From IMG/VR virus record IMGVR_UViG_3300032267_000592, positions 1 to 64,000 of that record: 64,000 nucleotides of DNA. The stretch is one strand, 5' to 3'. Source of the stretch: a virus. The position numbers and the translations under genes were made by a program. Below the pieces are notes generated by a model. It was not told the origin of the DNA, did not search any database, and was given only the letters and a program-made list of their open reading frames with translations. Shown piece after piece: positions 8,992 to 17,820 of this stretch (position 1 is the stretch's first letter; every line of letters starts with the position of its first letter).

Positions 8992-9660
8992 TTATTGATT
9001 AATTTTCACTCCGTTTGCAATAATTGGAAATATGTTTAATTGCCAATTGTTTTTTTCAATTTGTTCAATAAAAAAATCTTGACGATAAACTGTATTGTTT
9101 AATATCTTTCTAGAATTTGTTTTTAGCCATTGTTTTCTAACATTAACGTAGTCAATTATCCATTTTTTTTCATTCCCTTTATTTTTTGGTGTTTTTTCTG
9201 CAAATTTATTAGTTAAAAATGACATCATACTTCCACTATGAAGGTATGAATCTTGTATAACCGCAAGACTTAATGGTAAAACAAAATTATTTTTTTCAAA
9301 CCAATTATATGCTTTATCCCAATATAAAAGATCAAAGATTATATCCTGTGCATTTTTAAAATTTTCATCATTTTTTGCTGTATTTATAATTAAATTTAAA
9401 AATTCTTTATTTTTTGGTAATGATTGATCTCCTTTATATTTTTTATAAGACAATAACTCATCAGCGTTAACGCCTCCTAGTTTTTTATATTCATTAAATA
9501 CATCCCAAAGAGTACCCTGTTCGGTGTAACCTCTACCTAGTGTAACCTGTTTCGTATTATTTGGACCATCGTTATACAAAAATATAGAAACATAATCTGT
9601 TTCACTTTTTCCAGTTTCAAAACAATTTAAAATTTTAATAATAGTGTCTTTTGTATTCAT
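8992..9660 (-). CDS. Chitosanase-family (GH46, lysozyme superfamily) glycoside hydrolase, probable endolysin
   Basis: N-terminal helix ending in FETG (Glu), NDG..QVTLGRGYTE (Asp hairpin) and LAVIQDSYLHSG. It overlaps a two-TM membrane protein gene. Confidence 0.7.
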   Translation of the reverse strand: MNTKDTIIKILNCFETGKSETDYVSIFLYNDGPNNTKQVTLGRGYTEQGTLWDVFNEYKKLGGVNADELLSYKKYKGDQSLPKNKEFLNLIINTAKNDENFKNAQDIIFDLLYWDKAYNWFEKNNFVLPLSLAVIQDSYLHSGSMMSFLTNKFAEKTPKNKGNEKKWIIDYVNVRKQWLKTNSRKILNNTVYRQDFFIEQIEKNNWQLNIFPIIANGVKINQ

Positions 9661-10127
9661 ATATCTCCGTCTTTATACGCTAATGATGAAAATGGTTTAA
9701 CTTTTGGCGCATTTGGATCCCCTTCTTCTATGATGTGAATTGTTTGTGTATTTTGGTTTATGTTATGTTGAGAACTTGACTGTAAAGATACATTTGAATT
9801 GCTACCATATCTTAAATCAACTATTGCTTGTGTTCCCAAATACGACGCAATTATTATAGATAAAACTTCTATAGTTTTTGAAAAAATGGCAACAAATCCA
9901 GTTATATATTCTGGTAAATTTGGTAAAAAAAATAAAATACATACACTTACAAAGTAAAAAACAAACAAAACTAAAAAAGAAGTAAAAACTATAAAAAACT
10001 TTTTTGATGATAAATGATTTTGTTTTTCTAACTCAATTTTTTGAGCTATTGGTGTATTTGGAGGCGCTACACCGTTCTGTAAAAACGAAGTAGCTGTCAT
10101 AAACACATTTTTTAAATTTTCAATCAC
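9657..10127 (-). CDS. Membrane protein with 2 predicted TM helices, probable holin
   Basis: Hydrophobic segments SSKKFFIVFTSFLVLFVFYFVSVCILFFL and IEVLSIIIASYLGTQAIVD. It overlaps the lysin gene by 4 bp and has ATAAGTA upstream at 10133-10139. Confidence 0.6.
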   Translation of the reverse strand: MIENLKNVFMTATSFLQNGVAPPNTPIAQKIELEKQNHLSSKKFFIVFTSFLVLFVFYFVSVCILFFLPNLPEYITGFVAIFSKTIEVLSIIIASYLGTQAIVDLRYGSNSNVSLQSSSQHNINQNTQTIHIIEEGDPNAPKVKPFSSLAYKDGDI

Positions 10128-10248
10128 ATTTGTACTTATCTTTTTGGCACAAATTAATTATAATTACTAAAATATACTATTTATATACTATATTTGTTTT
10201 ATATTTAAATTAAATAAAATAAAAGATAATAAAAGGAATGACATTCCT

Positions 10249-10276
10249 ATTTTACAAATTGCAAATCAAATGTCAA
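10249..10276 (-). promoter_or_regulatory. Sigma70-type promoter TTGACA-16-TAAAAT firing into an AT-rich intergenic region
   Basis: Near-consensus -35 and -10 elements on the minus strand. A palindrome, aggaatg-a-cattcct (10234-10248), covers the predicted start site. Confidence 0.6.
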
Positions 10277-10763
10277 TAGGTTTTTTCATCTTTTTTATTT
10301 TATTTTGTAAAAATTCTTCGTCTTCTCCTGTTGGTATTAAACAAGGTATGTTTAAAAAATAACCACTAATATTTTGAAAAAACGTTTTATTTTCTTTATT
10401 TTCAAAGAAATTAGGAAGTTCTTGTTTGCATATTTTTTTACAAAAATTAATAAATTTTGATGGATTTTCAAAAAATAAACTCCATTCATTTAAAATTTGT
10501 TTTTCTACATAAAACGAAAAAACAAAACAGTTCATTTCTAATGAAATTTTTTTAATTTTGTTTAAATCTTTTTTAATTTTTTCTTTTAAGAATGATTTTA
10601 TTATATTTTTATTAAAAATAACCTTGTCATCTTTAATAATATTCCATTCATACATAAAATCGACAGTTTCTGCTGCTAACTCTTCTATATAGTTAAAAAC
10701 ATCAAATATTAAAACATTCTCTTTTAAATGTAAAATATAATATTCAGTTGTTTTTCTTTTCAT
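10266..10763 (-). CDS. Hypothetical protein
   Basis: 165-aa ORF overlapping the upstream gene. Confidence 0.5.
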   Translation of the reverse strand: MKRKTTEYYILHLKENVLIFDVFNYIEELAAETVDFMYEWNIIKDDKVIFNKNIIKSFLKEKIKKDLNKIKKISLEMNCFVFSFYVEKQILNEWSLFFENPSKFINFCKKICKQELPNFFENKENKTFFQNISGYFLNIPCLIPTGEDEEFLQNKIKKMKKPIDI

Positions 10764-11289
10764 CAGAAGAAATTATAACATCTATTAGCATTTCTTCTAC
10801 TAATTCTTCTGGTAATTGTGTATTTGCTTCTTTCAATATCCCAAATAATTCATTTTTATTCTTTTTAATCTTTTCTTTCAGTTCAAAAACTAAAATATTT
10901 TGTTTTTTTGATAAATTTGTATATGTTGGTTTTGTTTGAATATTAAATGCTTCCAATAATGGTTGACTGGTAGAACTTATTATTTGATACAATCTTTGGT
11001 AAAACCGATTTAAAGGTGTTAAAAACACATTTTCATTTATTTTATTTAATTTTTCATATAAATAAGTTAAAATTAAAGATTTATTACATTGTTCTTTTAC
11101 AGTTAAAAGATATTCTGGTCCTCTTATATGTGTTTTGCCAAAGGGATTCAATAAACACCCTCCACCCAAAACCCTAGAGCCACAATATATACATTTTTCT
11201 GGTGAATCGAAATGCACATGACTTTTGGATGGAGAAAAGAGACAAGGTTTTCCATAAGATGTAGAATTACAATATATACAATGTGCCAT
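10744..11289 (-). CDS. Protein with two tandem CxxC-x8-C-x7/8-H zinc-finger-like repeats
   Basis: Contains CIYCNSTSYGKPCLFSPSKSH and CIYCGSRVLGGGCLLNPFGKTH. Confidence 0.6.
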   Translation of the reverse strand: MAHCIYCNSTSYGKPCLFSPSKSHVHFDSPEKCIYCGSRVLGGGCLLNPFGKTHIRGPEYLLTVKEQCNKSLILTYLYEKLNKINENVFLTPLNRFYQRLYQIISSTSQPLLEAFNIQTKPTYTNLSKKQNILVFELKEKIKKNKNELFGILKEANTQLPEELVEEMLIDVIISSDEKKNN

Positions 11290-11290
11290 A

Positions 11291-11734
11291 TTATATAATT
11301 ACTTGATTGTTAATAAAATTCTCTAATTCTTTTTTAGGTGGTGCATTTATTCTGACGTTTATTATTGAATTATAGTATTCATCTTTGAACAAGACATCTT
11401 TTTCTATCTGTTCCTTTATTTCAAAATAAGCCAATGCCCATTTTGAATCACATGTTCTTATAATTTTAAATGTGAAATTCTCTTTTCCATATTTTTTAAT
11501 ATCTTCGTTCAATTCATTTGATGAACTTGTATAAGTTTTCCAATCAGATTCTTTAAATTCTATTCTATTTCTTGTTTTTCCCTTTAATGGTTTCCTTTTA
11601 ATTTTAGAAATGCATTGTTTTTTTCCTATATATTTTTTTTTATTTATATTGCATTCAATCAAATATATAAAACCAAATGTATCAGGTTCAAATTTAACAT
11701 TTTCACTTAAAACCCAATGACCAAAATCAATCAT
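11291..11734 (-). CDS. GIY-YIG nuclease (Seg/EndoII-like, single domain)
   Basis: Motifs FGFIYLI..NKKKYIGKK, ESDWKTYTSSS, FEIKEQ and YYN. Confidence 0.8.
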   Translation of the reverse strand: MIDFGHWVLSENVKFEPDTFGFIYLIECNINKKKYIGKKQCISKIKRKPLKGKTRNRIEFKESDWKTYTSSSNELNEDIKKYGKENFTFKIIRTCDSKWALAYFEIKEQIEKDVLFKDEYYNSIINVRINAPPKKELENFINNQVII

Positions 11735-11964
11735 AACGTCTTTCTTTGCAGTTTCCTTCTTATCATTTTTGGTTTTTTTCTTTTAGTTGATGTAACGGAC
11801 ATTGCCGCCATTATATTATCAGTATATCCTTTATTCGGATTTATAGATGTTGGATTGCTTATTTCATAACCAGCCTGCGGTGTTCCAAATGCACTTGTAG
11901 TAGAAACATCTTCTTTTAAATTTTCTATTAAATTTGAAAATAAAATTTGAAATTTGTTATTCAT
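11731..11964 (-). CDS. Small hypothetical protein with a basic C-terminus
   Basis: 77 aa ending in KRKKPKMIRRK, with GTAAATA at 11977-11983 upstream. Confidence 0.5.
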   Translation of the reverse strand: MNNKFQILFSNLIENLKEDVSTTSAFGTPQAGYEISNPTSINPNKGYTDNIMAAMSVTSTKRKKPKMIRRKLQRKTL

Positions 11965-11988
11965 ATTATATTATAATATTTACTAACT

Positions 11989-12387
11989 ATGGACTTATTT
12001 CAAAAATATAAAGAAGAAATAATACAAGATACTAAATTTGATCAAATAAACATATTGGAAAAACAATTAATGCTACCAACTTTAAAGCATAAATGGGTTT
12101 CTAGATTAATTGAACAAAAAATACATAAGAATTCCTTAGAAAAGAAAAAAAAAGAATTAAAAAATGATGTGTTAAAAACTTTATCAGAAAAGGGTATTCC
12201 CGCTGGAATACCAAAAGCCGCACTTAATACAAAAGTTGAATCGTCTGAAATTATTAAAAAAATAGATGATGATATTCAAAATTGCAATGTGTTAATAGAT
12301 TATTTAGAGCGTGTCGAAAAAATAATGAGTACAATTAGCTATGATTTGAGTACTGCTACTAAATTAATAACAATGGAAACTGCATAA
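11989..12387 (+). CDS. uvsY: Recombination mediator UvsY-like
   Basis: 132-aa helical protein (LPTLKHKW, DYLERVEK) directly upstream of uvsW, a T4-like arrangement. Confidence 0.7.
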   Translation: MDLFQKYKEEIIQDTKFDQINILEKQLMLPTLKHKWVSRLIEQKIHKNSLEKKKKELKNDVLKTLSEKGIPAGIPKAALNTKVESSEIIKKIDDDIQNCNVLIDYLERVEKIMSTISYDLSTATKLITMETA

Positions 12388-13814
12388 TGGTCGAAATAAA
12401 ATTATTAAACGCTAAACAAGCTCAAATTTTTTCTGATGTTGATGATCTAAATCTAATCAGAGAACATTTTTCTGTACCAAATCCAGCATTTGGTAGGAGA
12501 AACAAGTTTGCACCAAAAAGAATATATGCAATAACACCATCCGGTAAATTTGATTTAGGTTTAACTGAAAATATAATAGATTTTTTAAATGAAAATACTA
12601 TAAAGTTTAAAGTATGGAGTGAATTACAAGATAAAATAAAAATTGGATTTAATAATTTTGAAATAAAACATTATAAAAATTTAACATATCGAGATCATCA
12701 AGAGAAATCCATAAAAACTGCAATGGAGAGGGGTAGGGGGGTAATCGTCATTCCGACAGCAGGGGGCAAAACTTTAATAATGTCTGGTATAATTGAAAGT
12801 TTGCGTAAAAATTTGAACGATCCAAACGCACTTGCTATGGTATTAGTTCCAACCATTCAACTTGTAGAACAAACTGCAAATGATTTCGTCGAATATGGCA
12901 TGGATAATGTCACAAAATGGTCAGGAGACAATAAACCAGACCCAGAAGCAACGACCATAATTGCTGGAAATCAAATTCTTTTAAGCGACAACACTGATTT
13001 ATCAATTTTAAACGATGTAAAAATTTTATTAATAGATGAAGTTCATGTTTTAAAGCGTCAAAATCAAATAAATAAAATTTTTAATTTGATTAATACTGAT
13101 TTTAGATTTGGATTTACGGGTACGATGCCGCCATCATTGATTGATCAGTGGAATATAATCGGTAAAATTGGTCCTTTATTATATGAAAAGAAAACAAATG
13201 ATTTAAAACATAAAAAATACGTTTCAGATTTTAAAATAACAATATTGTCATTAATTCATAAGAATTTACCAAATTTTCCTTACAACCCAAATCAACCCGC
13301 AGAACAATATAACAGAGAAATTGAATATTTAATGAATGATTCAAGAAGAAACGAAATCATATCAAAATTAGCATCAAAATTATCAAACAATAGTATTATA
13401 ATGGTGGATAGAATTGATCACGGAACAAATATTGAAATGTATTTAAAAAAAATCTGTCCTATAGATAAACCTGTTTTTTTTATTCAGGGGTCTACAGAAA
13501 TCGAAGACAGGGAAAAAATAAGGCAACTCATGAATACTAGAAATGATGTAATAGCTATTGCGGTTTCTAAGATATTCAGCACAGGTATAAATATACCAAA
13601 TTTACACAATATTATTTTTGCATCCGCTGGAAAAGCAAAAATTAAAATAATGCAATCAATAGGTAGAGCACTTAGATTGCATCCAACTAAATCAATGGCA
13701 AATATTTTTGATATTTCAGATAATACAAAGTATGGAAAATTGCATTTATCAGAAAGAATAAAACTTTACAACCAAGAACAATATACTTATGAGGAAAAAA
13801 CAATACAAAAATAA
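12387..13814 (+). CDS. uvsW: SF2 DNA helicase UvsW
   Basis: Motifs YRDHQ, IPTAGGKT, LVPTIQLVEQ, DEVH, GFTGT, FSTGINIPNL and QSIGRALR. Confidence 0.93.
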   Translation: MVEIKLLNAKQAQIFSDVDDLNLIREHFSVPNPAFGRRNKFAPKRIYAITPSGKFDLGLTENIIDFLNENTIKFKVWSELQDKIKIGFNNFEIKHYKNLTYRDHQEKSIKTAMERGRGVIVIPTAGGKTLIMSGIIESLRKNLNDPNALAMVLVPTIQLVEQTANDFVEYGMDNVTKWSGDNKPDPEATTIIAGNQILLSDNTDLSILNDVKILLIDEVHVLKRQNQINKIFNLINTDFRFGFTGTMPPSLIDQWNIIGKIGPLLYEKKTNDLKHKKYVSDFKITILSLIHKNLPNFPYNPNQPAEQYNREIEYLMNDSRRNEIISKLASKLSNNSIIMVDRIDHGTNIEMYLKKICPIDKPVFFIQGSTEIEDREKIRQLMNTRNDVIAIAVSKIFSTGINIPNLHNIIFASAGKAKIKIMQSIGRALRLHPTKSMANIFDISDNTKYGKLHLSERIKLYNQEQYTYEEKTIQK

Positions 13815-14448
13815 AAAAGAAGACGATTTTTTAGATTCTTTAACCGAATTTAACGAATTAGAAAATGAAAATTTAAATATGGACAACGATGACACTGATG
13901 ACATATCGGATATACCGTTACTGGATTCATATGAAAAAGAATCAATCGATGATGAAGATGATTTATTATTAGATGAAGAATTGGATGAGGAATTGGATCA
14001 AGATTCGATTAAAAATAAAACCAAACCAAAAATAAATAAAGAAAAATTCTACGTTGATCCTCAAAAATTTGATGAAGAAATATTGAAATTCTACGAATCT
14101 GGTGTAATGTCTAATGAATTGGCAGATATGGTTAACAATATTGCAACCAAACTTAGTTTTGCGGGAAATTTTATCAATTATTCATATAAAAGTGACATGA
14201 TAGGTGATGCAATAGTCAGAATGATTAAAGCGTTGGTGACAAAAAAATATAATAGAAGTAAAGGTACAAATCCCTTTTCTTATTTCACCAGAATTGCTTT
14301 TAATAGTTTTAGAAATAGAATAAAAAGAGAAAAACATACATACGAAACACACGAAAGATATAGAGAAGAGTTGGAATTAATTTCAGAAAATCATAACATG
14401 GTTAATTGTAAAAATAAAAACGGGAATAATAAATTTAAAAACTATTGA
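13789..14448 (+). CDS. gp55: Late-transcription sigma factor (T4 gp55-like) with a long acidic N-terminus
   Basis: Motifs FYVD, NFINYSYKSDMIGDAI and NPFSYFTRIAFNSFRNRIKREK. It lies upstream of gp47. Confidence 0.88.
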   Translation: MRKKQYKNKKEDDFLDSLTEFNELENENLNMDNDDTDDISDIPLLDSYEKESIDDEDDLLLDEELDEELDQDSIKNKTKPKINKEKFYVDPQKFDEEILKFYESGVMSNELADMVNNIATKLSFAGNFINYSYKSDMIGDAIVRMIKALVTKKYNRSKGTNPFSYFTRIAFNSFRNRIKREKHTYETHERYREELELISENHNMVNCKNKNGNNKFKNY

Positions 14449-15494
14449 TGTATAATATAAAAAATAATAAAATAGCTTGTTTTAGTGATATTCATTTGGG
14501 GTTGGGGTTGGATAATGAAATGTGGCATAACATATCATTAGACTTTGCAAAATGGGCATCGGAAACCCTTAAAACTAGAGGAATAGAAGAGATTCTAATT
14601 CCAGGTGATGTATTTCACAATAGAAGTGAAATATCAGTTAAAACTTTATCAATTTCGAAGCAATTTTTTGATTATTTTAATAATTTTACAATATACGTAT
14701 CTACCGGAAATCATGATTGTTTTAGAAAACATGATAGTGAGATTAATTCAATCTCAATGCTTAACAATTGGCAAAACATACACGTTTTTGACAAATCACC
14801 AGTTAATTTAAAATATAAAAACAAAAATATAACCATGATACCATGGGGTACTACATTCGATAATATCCCAAATAGCGATATTATCTTTGGTCATTTTGAG
14901 ATTTCTTCTTTTTATATGAACTCTTTCAAAGTATGCGAAAATGGTATGAAATCTTCTGATCTTTTTAAAAAATCTCCATATATAGTGTCTGGTCATTTTC
15001 ATAAAAAAGACTACAGAAAGTACGAAAACGGCGAAATACTATATTTGGGAAGTCCATTTCAACATAATTTCGGGGATTGCTCAGACGAAAGAGGAATTTA
15101 CATATTTGATATTGATAAAAATGAATTTGAATTCATTAAAAATAATATTTCCCCTAAACATTTTAAAATTTCTGTAAAAAAAATAACAAATCAAGTATAC
15201 TCAGACCAAGAATTAACGGATATTGTATCAAATAACATAATAAGTTTGATATGTGACTGTAAAATCGAACAAGAAGCATTACTATCAATTCAATGCAAAA
15301 TTAATGAATTAAAACCATTAACAATTAGAATTGATTACGAAAACAATGATACTGAAATTGATTTAAAAAATGATTCTGAATATAATTCCGGTTCTCTATT
15401 AACAGATATAGAGACATATATAGACGAAATGGATATTGATTGTAAAAAAGAAGTTGCAGAATACATAAAGGAAGTTTATAATACACTAGTATGA
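14445..15494 (+). CDS. gp47: Recombination endonuclease subunit (gp47, Mre11/SbcD-like)
   Basis: Metallophosphoesterase motifs SDIHLG, GDVFH, GNHD, GHFE, SGHFH and YLGSP. Confidence 0.93.
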   Translation: MMYNIKNNKIACFSDIHLGLGLDNEMWHNISLDFAKWASETLKTRGIEEILIPGDVFHNRSEISVKTLSISKQFFDYFNNFTIYVSTGNHDCFRKHDSEINSISMLNNWQNIHVFDKSPVNLKYKNKNITMIPWGTTFDNIPNSDIIFGHFEISSFYMNSFKVCENGMKSSDLFKKSPYIVSGHFHKKDYRKYENGEILYLGSPFQHNFGDCSDERGIYIFDIDKNEFEFIKNNISPKHFKISVKKITNQVYSDQELTDIVSNNIISLICDCKIEQEALLSIQCKINELKPLTIRIDYENNDTEIDLKNDSEYNSGSLLTDIETYIDEMDIDCKKEVAEYIKEVYNTLV

Positions 15495-16249
15495 ATATAG
15501 ATGAAATAGGAATAGCAATATTAGATGTTTACACGCAAGAAGATTATGAAAATTGTTACAATTCCATACCAAATGAATATAAGAATAATTTAATCGTAAT
15601 ATCAGACACTAATAATAAAATAAAACACACCAATATAAAGAGATACGGCAATGGTGTGCAATTTGCAACACTCAGAAATTTTGCTTTATCGCATTTTAGG
15701 GTTAATGGGTTAAAACATTTCTTTTTGGTTAATTCCAATCAAACGATAAAAGACGTAAATGTATTCGCAAATACAATAAAACTTGCAGAAAATTTTGGAA
15801 TTTGGTTTTTTACCGGACCAAGTGATGTAAAAGTGCCAATAGAAGATGAAGATAAAAAATTAACATTGAATTTATCGACAAATATCAATAGCGACTTCAT
15901 TTATATCTTTAGTGGAATTGTTTCTAATATTGGTTATTTCGATGAAAGATTTTTCAACACTAAAGATCTAGATGTCTTGGATTATATAATAAGAATGAGA
16001 GAAAAAAATATATATCCACCAATAAACTACATTTCAACTATTGATAATCTAGTTCATTCGTCAAATAGTAAAATACAAAAGCAAAATTATAAAGAAATGG
16101 ATAACGCCGATCAAAGCGTAAATCTATCATATGCGTATTTTATGTTTAAACATAAATATATACCATCTCAAGGCGACCCACAACCAGTATCAAATGATGT
16201 TTTAATGAAACAATTAGAAGAAATTCAGACCAAATATGCAAAAAAATAA
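15491..16249 (+). CDS. GT2-like protein with a degenerate catalytic motif
   Basis: It aligns with the next two GT2 ORFs (IGIAI, KHFFLV, IGYFDERF, YPP), but the EDD motif is replaced by NSN. Confidence 0.55.
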   Translation: MNIDEIGIAILDVYTQEDYENCYNSIPNEYKNNLIVISDTNNKIKHTNIKRYGNGVQFATLRNFALSHFRVNGLKHFFLVNSNQTIKDVNVFANTIKLAENFGIWFFTGPSDVKVPIEDEDKKLTLNLSTNINSDFIYIFSGIVSNIGYFDERFFNTKDLDVLDYIIRMREKNIYPPINYISTIDNLVHSSNSKIQKQNYKEMDNADQSVNLSYAYFMFKHKYIPSQGDPQPVSNDVLMKQLEEIQTKYAKK

Positions 16250-17045
16250 AATTGGTTGCGGTTTAATAACTTGCGATAGAGATTTTTTTTATAAAAACTC
16301 AGTCACATCCCTTTCAAGTGCTGCAAAAAATAAAAATATAGAATTTGTAGTAATAAATGATGGTCTGGAAAAACTTTCAGTTTATCCTGATAATTTTATA
16401 GAGACTGGTGGTAAAAAAGGAGTTGCGGTTGCTAAAAACTTAGCATTAAAATTTTTATTAAATTCTGGATGCGAACATATATTTTTAATGGAAGATGACG
16501 TTGAGATAGTGGACGACAATGTATTTGATCATTATATTGATACGGCAAATAAAACAGGTATTTTACATTTAAATTATGGATTACATGGAAATCATAATAA
16601 AAAACAAGATGGTTCTATTAATTTGATAAAAACTGTAAATTATCCAAATAATAGCTCAATAGATTTATATGGAAATCTATTAGGAGCTTTTTCTTATTAT
16701 CATAGAAGTGTTTTGGATAAAATAGGATTGATGCATGAAGAATTTTACAATGCAATGGAACATGTACATCATACATATCTTTCAATTGTGCATAATTTTC
16801 ATCCACCATTTAGATATTTTGCAGATGCACATGATTCATCAAGATATTTGAAAGATATATTACCAGATCATCAACAAAGTAAAATTAGAAATGAAAACTT
16901 TCAAGAAACTTTTAAAAAAGGTCTTGATATTTTTATAAAGAAAACTGGATTTTCGGTTGTATATGGTTATGGACCAGAGGAAAAGATAACCACTGAAAAA
17001 GAATGTTTGAAAAAATTAAAAGAAATTTATAACAATGCAAAATAA
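16236..17045 (+). CDS. GT2-family glycosyltransferase
   Basis: Motifs IGCGLITCDR, VINDG, GVAVAKN, HIFLMEDD, IGLMHEEF and HPPFRYFAD. Confidence 0.85.
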   Translation: MQKNKIGCGLITCDRDFFYKNSVTSLSSAAKNKNIEFVVINDGLEKLSVYPDNFIETGGKKGVAVAKNLALKFLLNSGCEHIFLMEDDVEIVDDNVFDHYIDTANKTGILHLNYGLHGNHNKKQDGSINLIKTVNYPNNSSIDLYGNLLGAFSYYHRSVLDKIGLMHEEFYNAMEHVHHTYLSIVHNFHPPFRYFADAHDSSRYLKDILPDHQQSKIRNENFQETFKKGLDIFIKKTGFSVVYGYGPEEKITTEKECLKKLKEIYNNAK

Positions 17046-17820
17046 TCAAAAAATTGGCGTAGGTGTTGTAACATATAACTCCGAATCTTATTTCAAATCA
17101 TTATATGATAGTTTAAATGGGGCAAATATAGATGAGTTTGTAGTTGTTAATGGTGGAAATAAATATGAAAATAAATACGATTGCGATTGGATTCAACATA
17201 AAAAAAATTATTATCCAGCTGCATGTAGAAATGATTGTATAAATTATTTGTTGAATAGAGATGTTGAATATCTATTCCTAATTGAAGATGATCAAATAAT
17301 AAAAAATGTTAATATTTTTCAAAAATACATAGAAACTTCAAATATAAGTGGTTTGGATTATTTTTCTTTTGTTAGTATGAGTTATAATTCTGGAAGTCCA
17401 AATAACAGAAACCCGAAACTAACAGTTAATTATAGTGATGATATTGCGGTTTCTTTTTATGCAAACATGTGCAATGAATTTGTTTTTTTTAAATCATCGA
17501 TTATTAAAAAAATTGGATTATATGATACATCATTCAGAGATCCATTTGATATAGACATGATGGTGAGATTGGCAAAAGATATCGACACCGTAGCACCGTT
17601 TTGGTATTTTGCCGATATAGAAAAATCAGACGATTACATCATGAATAACCCAAATGCAACCAGTCGATTACAATCACCAGATAGACCAGATGGATCGAGA
17701 GAACAAAGAATACAAGAACAATGGGAGTTTTTTCATCAAAAACATAACTTTCACGTAAATGATATCGCAGATACATCTCCAGAAGAAGTAATTCAACAAT
17801 TAAAAAGAATTAAACCGTGA
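17035..17820 (+). CDS. GT2-family glycosyltransferase
   Basis: Motifs IGVGVVTYNS, AACRN, YLFLIEDD, IGLYDTSF and APFWYFAD. Confidence 0.85.
   Translation: MQNNQKIGVGVVTYNSESYFKSLYDSLNGANIDEFVVVNGGNKYENKYDCDWIQHKKNYYPAACRNDCINYLLNRDVEYLFLIEDDQIIKNVNIFQKYIETSNISGLDYFSFVSMSYNSGSPNNRNPKLTVNYSDDIAVSFYANMCNEFVFFKSSIIKKIGLYDTSFRDPFDIDMMVRLAKDIDTVAPFWYFADIEKSDDYIMNNPNATSRLQSPDRPDGSREQRIQEQWEFFHQKHNFHVNDIADTSPEEVIQQLKRIKP

Noticed and set aside
11291-11734. Mobile homing endonuclease element
   Set aside because: It is only a catalytic GIY-YIG domain with no DNA-binding repeats and does not interrupt a gene, so it was kept as a CDS and not called a mobile element.
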